Source of the DNA: Chrysomallon squamiferum
Taxonomy: Eukaryota > Animalia > Mollusca
NCBI GenBank assembly: GCA_012295275.1
Contig: CM022667.1
Location: forward strand, 7,378,001-7,442,000
DNA: 64,000 bases
Direction: 5' to 3'
The notes under the pieces were generated by a model. The model worked only from the letters and a program-made list of their open reading frames with translations, had not been told where the DNA came from and did not search any database. Positions 61,211-64,000 of this stretch are shown here, piece by piece (positions within the stretch are counted from its first letter, which is position 1; every line of letters starts with the position of its first letter). Both the position numbers and the translations under genes were made by a program.

Positions 61211-64000
61211 GTAAAAAGTAAATATAGAGAGATATACAGAAACATGAAAGCACACTTCGTGACTAGTGAGATGCAGATTGTAAACAGTTAAAGTATAGTG
61301 CAATGTATAGACATGACTAGTGAGACTGAACTGCCAGGGAGATAAACTGATAGTGATAGCTGTTTTTCAGTTTTAGAATATCCATTATGATTTAGATAAC
61401 TTAGGATTGGCTGCTGATTTACTTGCACATAGTATTTTTACATTTAGTTTTTCATTTCTGACACTGCTTATTGTTATTCATACAAAAACCTACAAATATC
61501 TGCCGTTTTTACATACAGTCATCAACTAAATAAATAGTTTTTTATATTGTTATATTTGTGAAATAAACCGATATTTGCCATCCATAGAAATATGTGATAC
61601 CTTTTGTGATAACCTCTATGACTTAACACATGTTTATAAATGGTATGAAAAATTGTACATGTTGAATTAGGTAATATTTGTTTTTACATTGGAGGAAAAA
61701 TTTACTTTTCTGAAAATAAACACACCCTGCTGGTGGTTTAAACGAAAAGTCTAATCACATTTTAGATGTTGTTCACAACCTTCACAGTTACACTGATTTT
61801 GAGAAGATGACACCAAAACACAGATCACTGCATATAAAAGGAAATTGTAGTTGTGAACAACACAACTACTGTTACTTTGATAAATCTTTTCTGTCAAACT
61901 GGGACCATATTATTTTCTTTAAGGGAAAAAACTTGCTGTGATCCAGTTCATTATTTTTATATTAGATATCAGCTATTTATTATTTTGGAAAATCTTTAAA
62001 TTATTATTGTTTCAGGGAAAATTTTTTATTTTAAAGAGACAGAAATTCATGATGTCTGCATATTTTCAAAGTCATTCATAATTTTATTGACACCTATGTT
62101 TTGTAATGTTATTTTACATATATATATATATAACTCTTTATTTTTTTAATTATTATTTTCAAATTTATTTGTTCAGCACTTTTAAACATTTACAGCAAAT
62201 CGTTTTTTCTGCATAGCATTAATCACTTTTATAACTTTCATCTTATAATCTTGTACCAGCATTTAGCATCTGCATTTAACAGTAAACCAAAGAATAATTT
62301 TCCATAGGCCTGTTTCCTGATCAGGTGTCCAAAATACTATACAGTCACTTTAAATACAGGTTACATTTTGTACTCATTAATGTCTGATAGCAATACACGT
62401 ATAATGTAACCTTTTTGTAATCATTTTTAATTTCTTGCAATTTTTAAAAGATTTAATAAAAAAGCTAACACATTTCTTGTTTTGTGTAAGAATGCTTCGT
62501 TTTAAGTCATATTCCAAAAATATGTAATCTGATACATATTTAGCTTCCATCTTGTTATATTTTTACCAGTGTACCCTTTTTGATATATATGTATATATCA
62601 TATATTTTGCTTTATTATATTTTTAACTGTTACTAGTTTGTATATATATATTTTTTATATTTTGCAAATCTGATAACATATTAAGAAAAAAACAACACAA
62701 TGACATTTCAGATGTTTTCAGAAAAGCAAAGAAAACATATTTGATGAGTGAAGAATATAGAAATATATAAACACAAACATATCTGATTTTGAAAGAAAGA
62801 ATAGCTGTTAAGTGTCTGTTTTGAGAACTGTTTTTTTTTAACTAACAGCAGAATTGTACATTTCTTGTTTTAAAAAGTAAAAAAAAGAACTGATTTGATT
62901 TACCTTCTTTGTTTTTCCTAATTCTTCACATTTGAATATATTTATACATAAATATACAAGTAATTTAAATAATGATAATTTTAATCTTAAAAAGTGGCAT
63001 TATTTATTAATAATGTTTGAAGATATTTTTAAAATAATATTAGTAAGTTTCTATCAAATATTGATGCTGGTATAAATTCACAAGCTTTATCAATTTCTTG
63101 ACAAAATGGTACATTCTTTGATTTTTAAAAAAATGTGTTACCTGTTATTTTATTAGCTTCATGCTTTTATTTATAAGCAATAAAACAGTTTTACTATTCA
63201 TTGTTTTTGTTTTCGTTTTTTTTTTATTAACAGGAGTGTGTTAACTCTTGGTTTCATTATTGTCTGTTTTCACTTTAGATTTTAATAAAATGAAGAAAAC
63301 AACATAGATATGTTAGCATTCCAGCAGGAACATATAACTGTATGTGAATTGAAATGTACTTTGCATGTTAAGTATGCAGACATGGTAAATTTATTTCATG
63401 TTTCATTCCAGTTAAGACAAATTAATATTTTATCTATACCAATAAAAATAGCGTACACCTACAGAACGCAGATGTGGACATTATTATTATTATTATTATT
63501 ATTTAATGAATCTACTTCTAACACCCGCGTCTTAGGGGACTCTGGAGGTCGAAAAGATGGTTTCAAACAAAGTATTTTGTAAAACATAAATATACCTTAT
63601 GCATATTATGAGTTTTATGATGTGCAAAATATGTTTTATTTACATCTATGAAGGAATTCCGTGTGTTTGCAATTGTGTTTTAACAAAGAGCCGTGACACT
63701 GATAGTGCCAATGGGTTCTGTTGACTGTTGTGGTGGATGTTCAAAAAAATTGTCTGTGATGTAAGAACACTTCTGTTCCGCCCCACAGGTGTCCGTCCCT
63801 ATAAGACAGGAACCACTGAACCCTATATTCCGCGACCAGGCAATACAAATTATTCTGATTTGTTTGGCTAAGCTTTGTATTTGACACGTAAGGGGAGATA
63901 ACTATATTCCGGAAATAAAATGTAATGACAATTGAATTCGAGAAACATATATTATTTTTAGGTGTTTTGCCATCAGGATATTCCAGTAACAGCAAATATG

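Noticed and set aside
63500-64000. GC-richer segment and 84-aa ORF at the window end
   Set aside because: No recognisable homology; likely repeat or regulatory DNA.

Overview
AT-rich, intron-rich animal genomic DNA, invertebrate-like and possibly lophotrochozoan/molluscan (taxon is inference). I assembled four spliced genes by hand from GT-AG junctions and phase: ELMO (minus, 21 coding exons, 730 aa, 15770-41263), a TMEM70-like mitochondrial membrane protein (plus, 42439-43358, head-to-head with ELMO), RPL13 (minus, with a TCT/5'TOP start) and a signal-peptide-less UshA/5'-nucleotidase-family metallophosphoesterase (plus, 13 coding exons, 568 aa). Mobile elements: a 2.85-kb Sola2-like DNA transposon relic and three Tc1/mariner-pogo MITEs. 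Most striking pattern: many intronic minisatellites are tandem amplifications of the genes' own intron/exon junctions, giving up to about 60 decoy 3' splice sites before one ELMO exon. Other arrays start right at splice donors or repeat the stop-codon region. Also found: an intronic inverted copy of one ELMO exon (candidate editing/splicing stem) and a candidate alternative ELMO first exon. Most ORF-track entries outside these genes are repeat artefacts.
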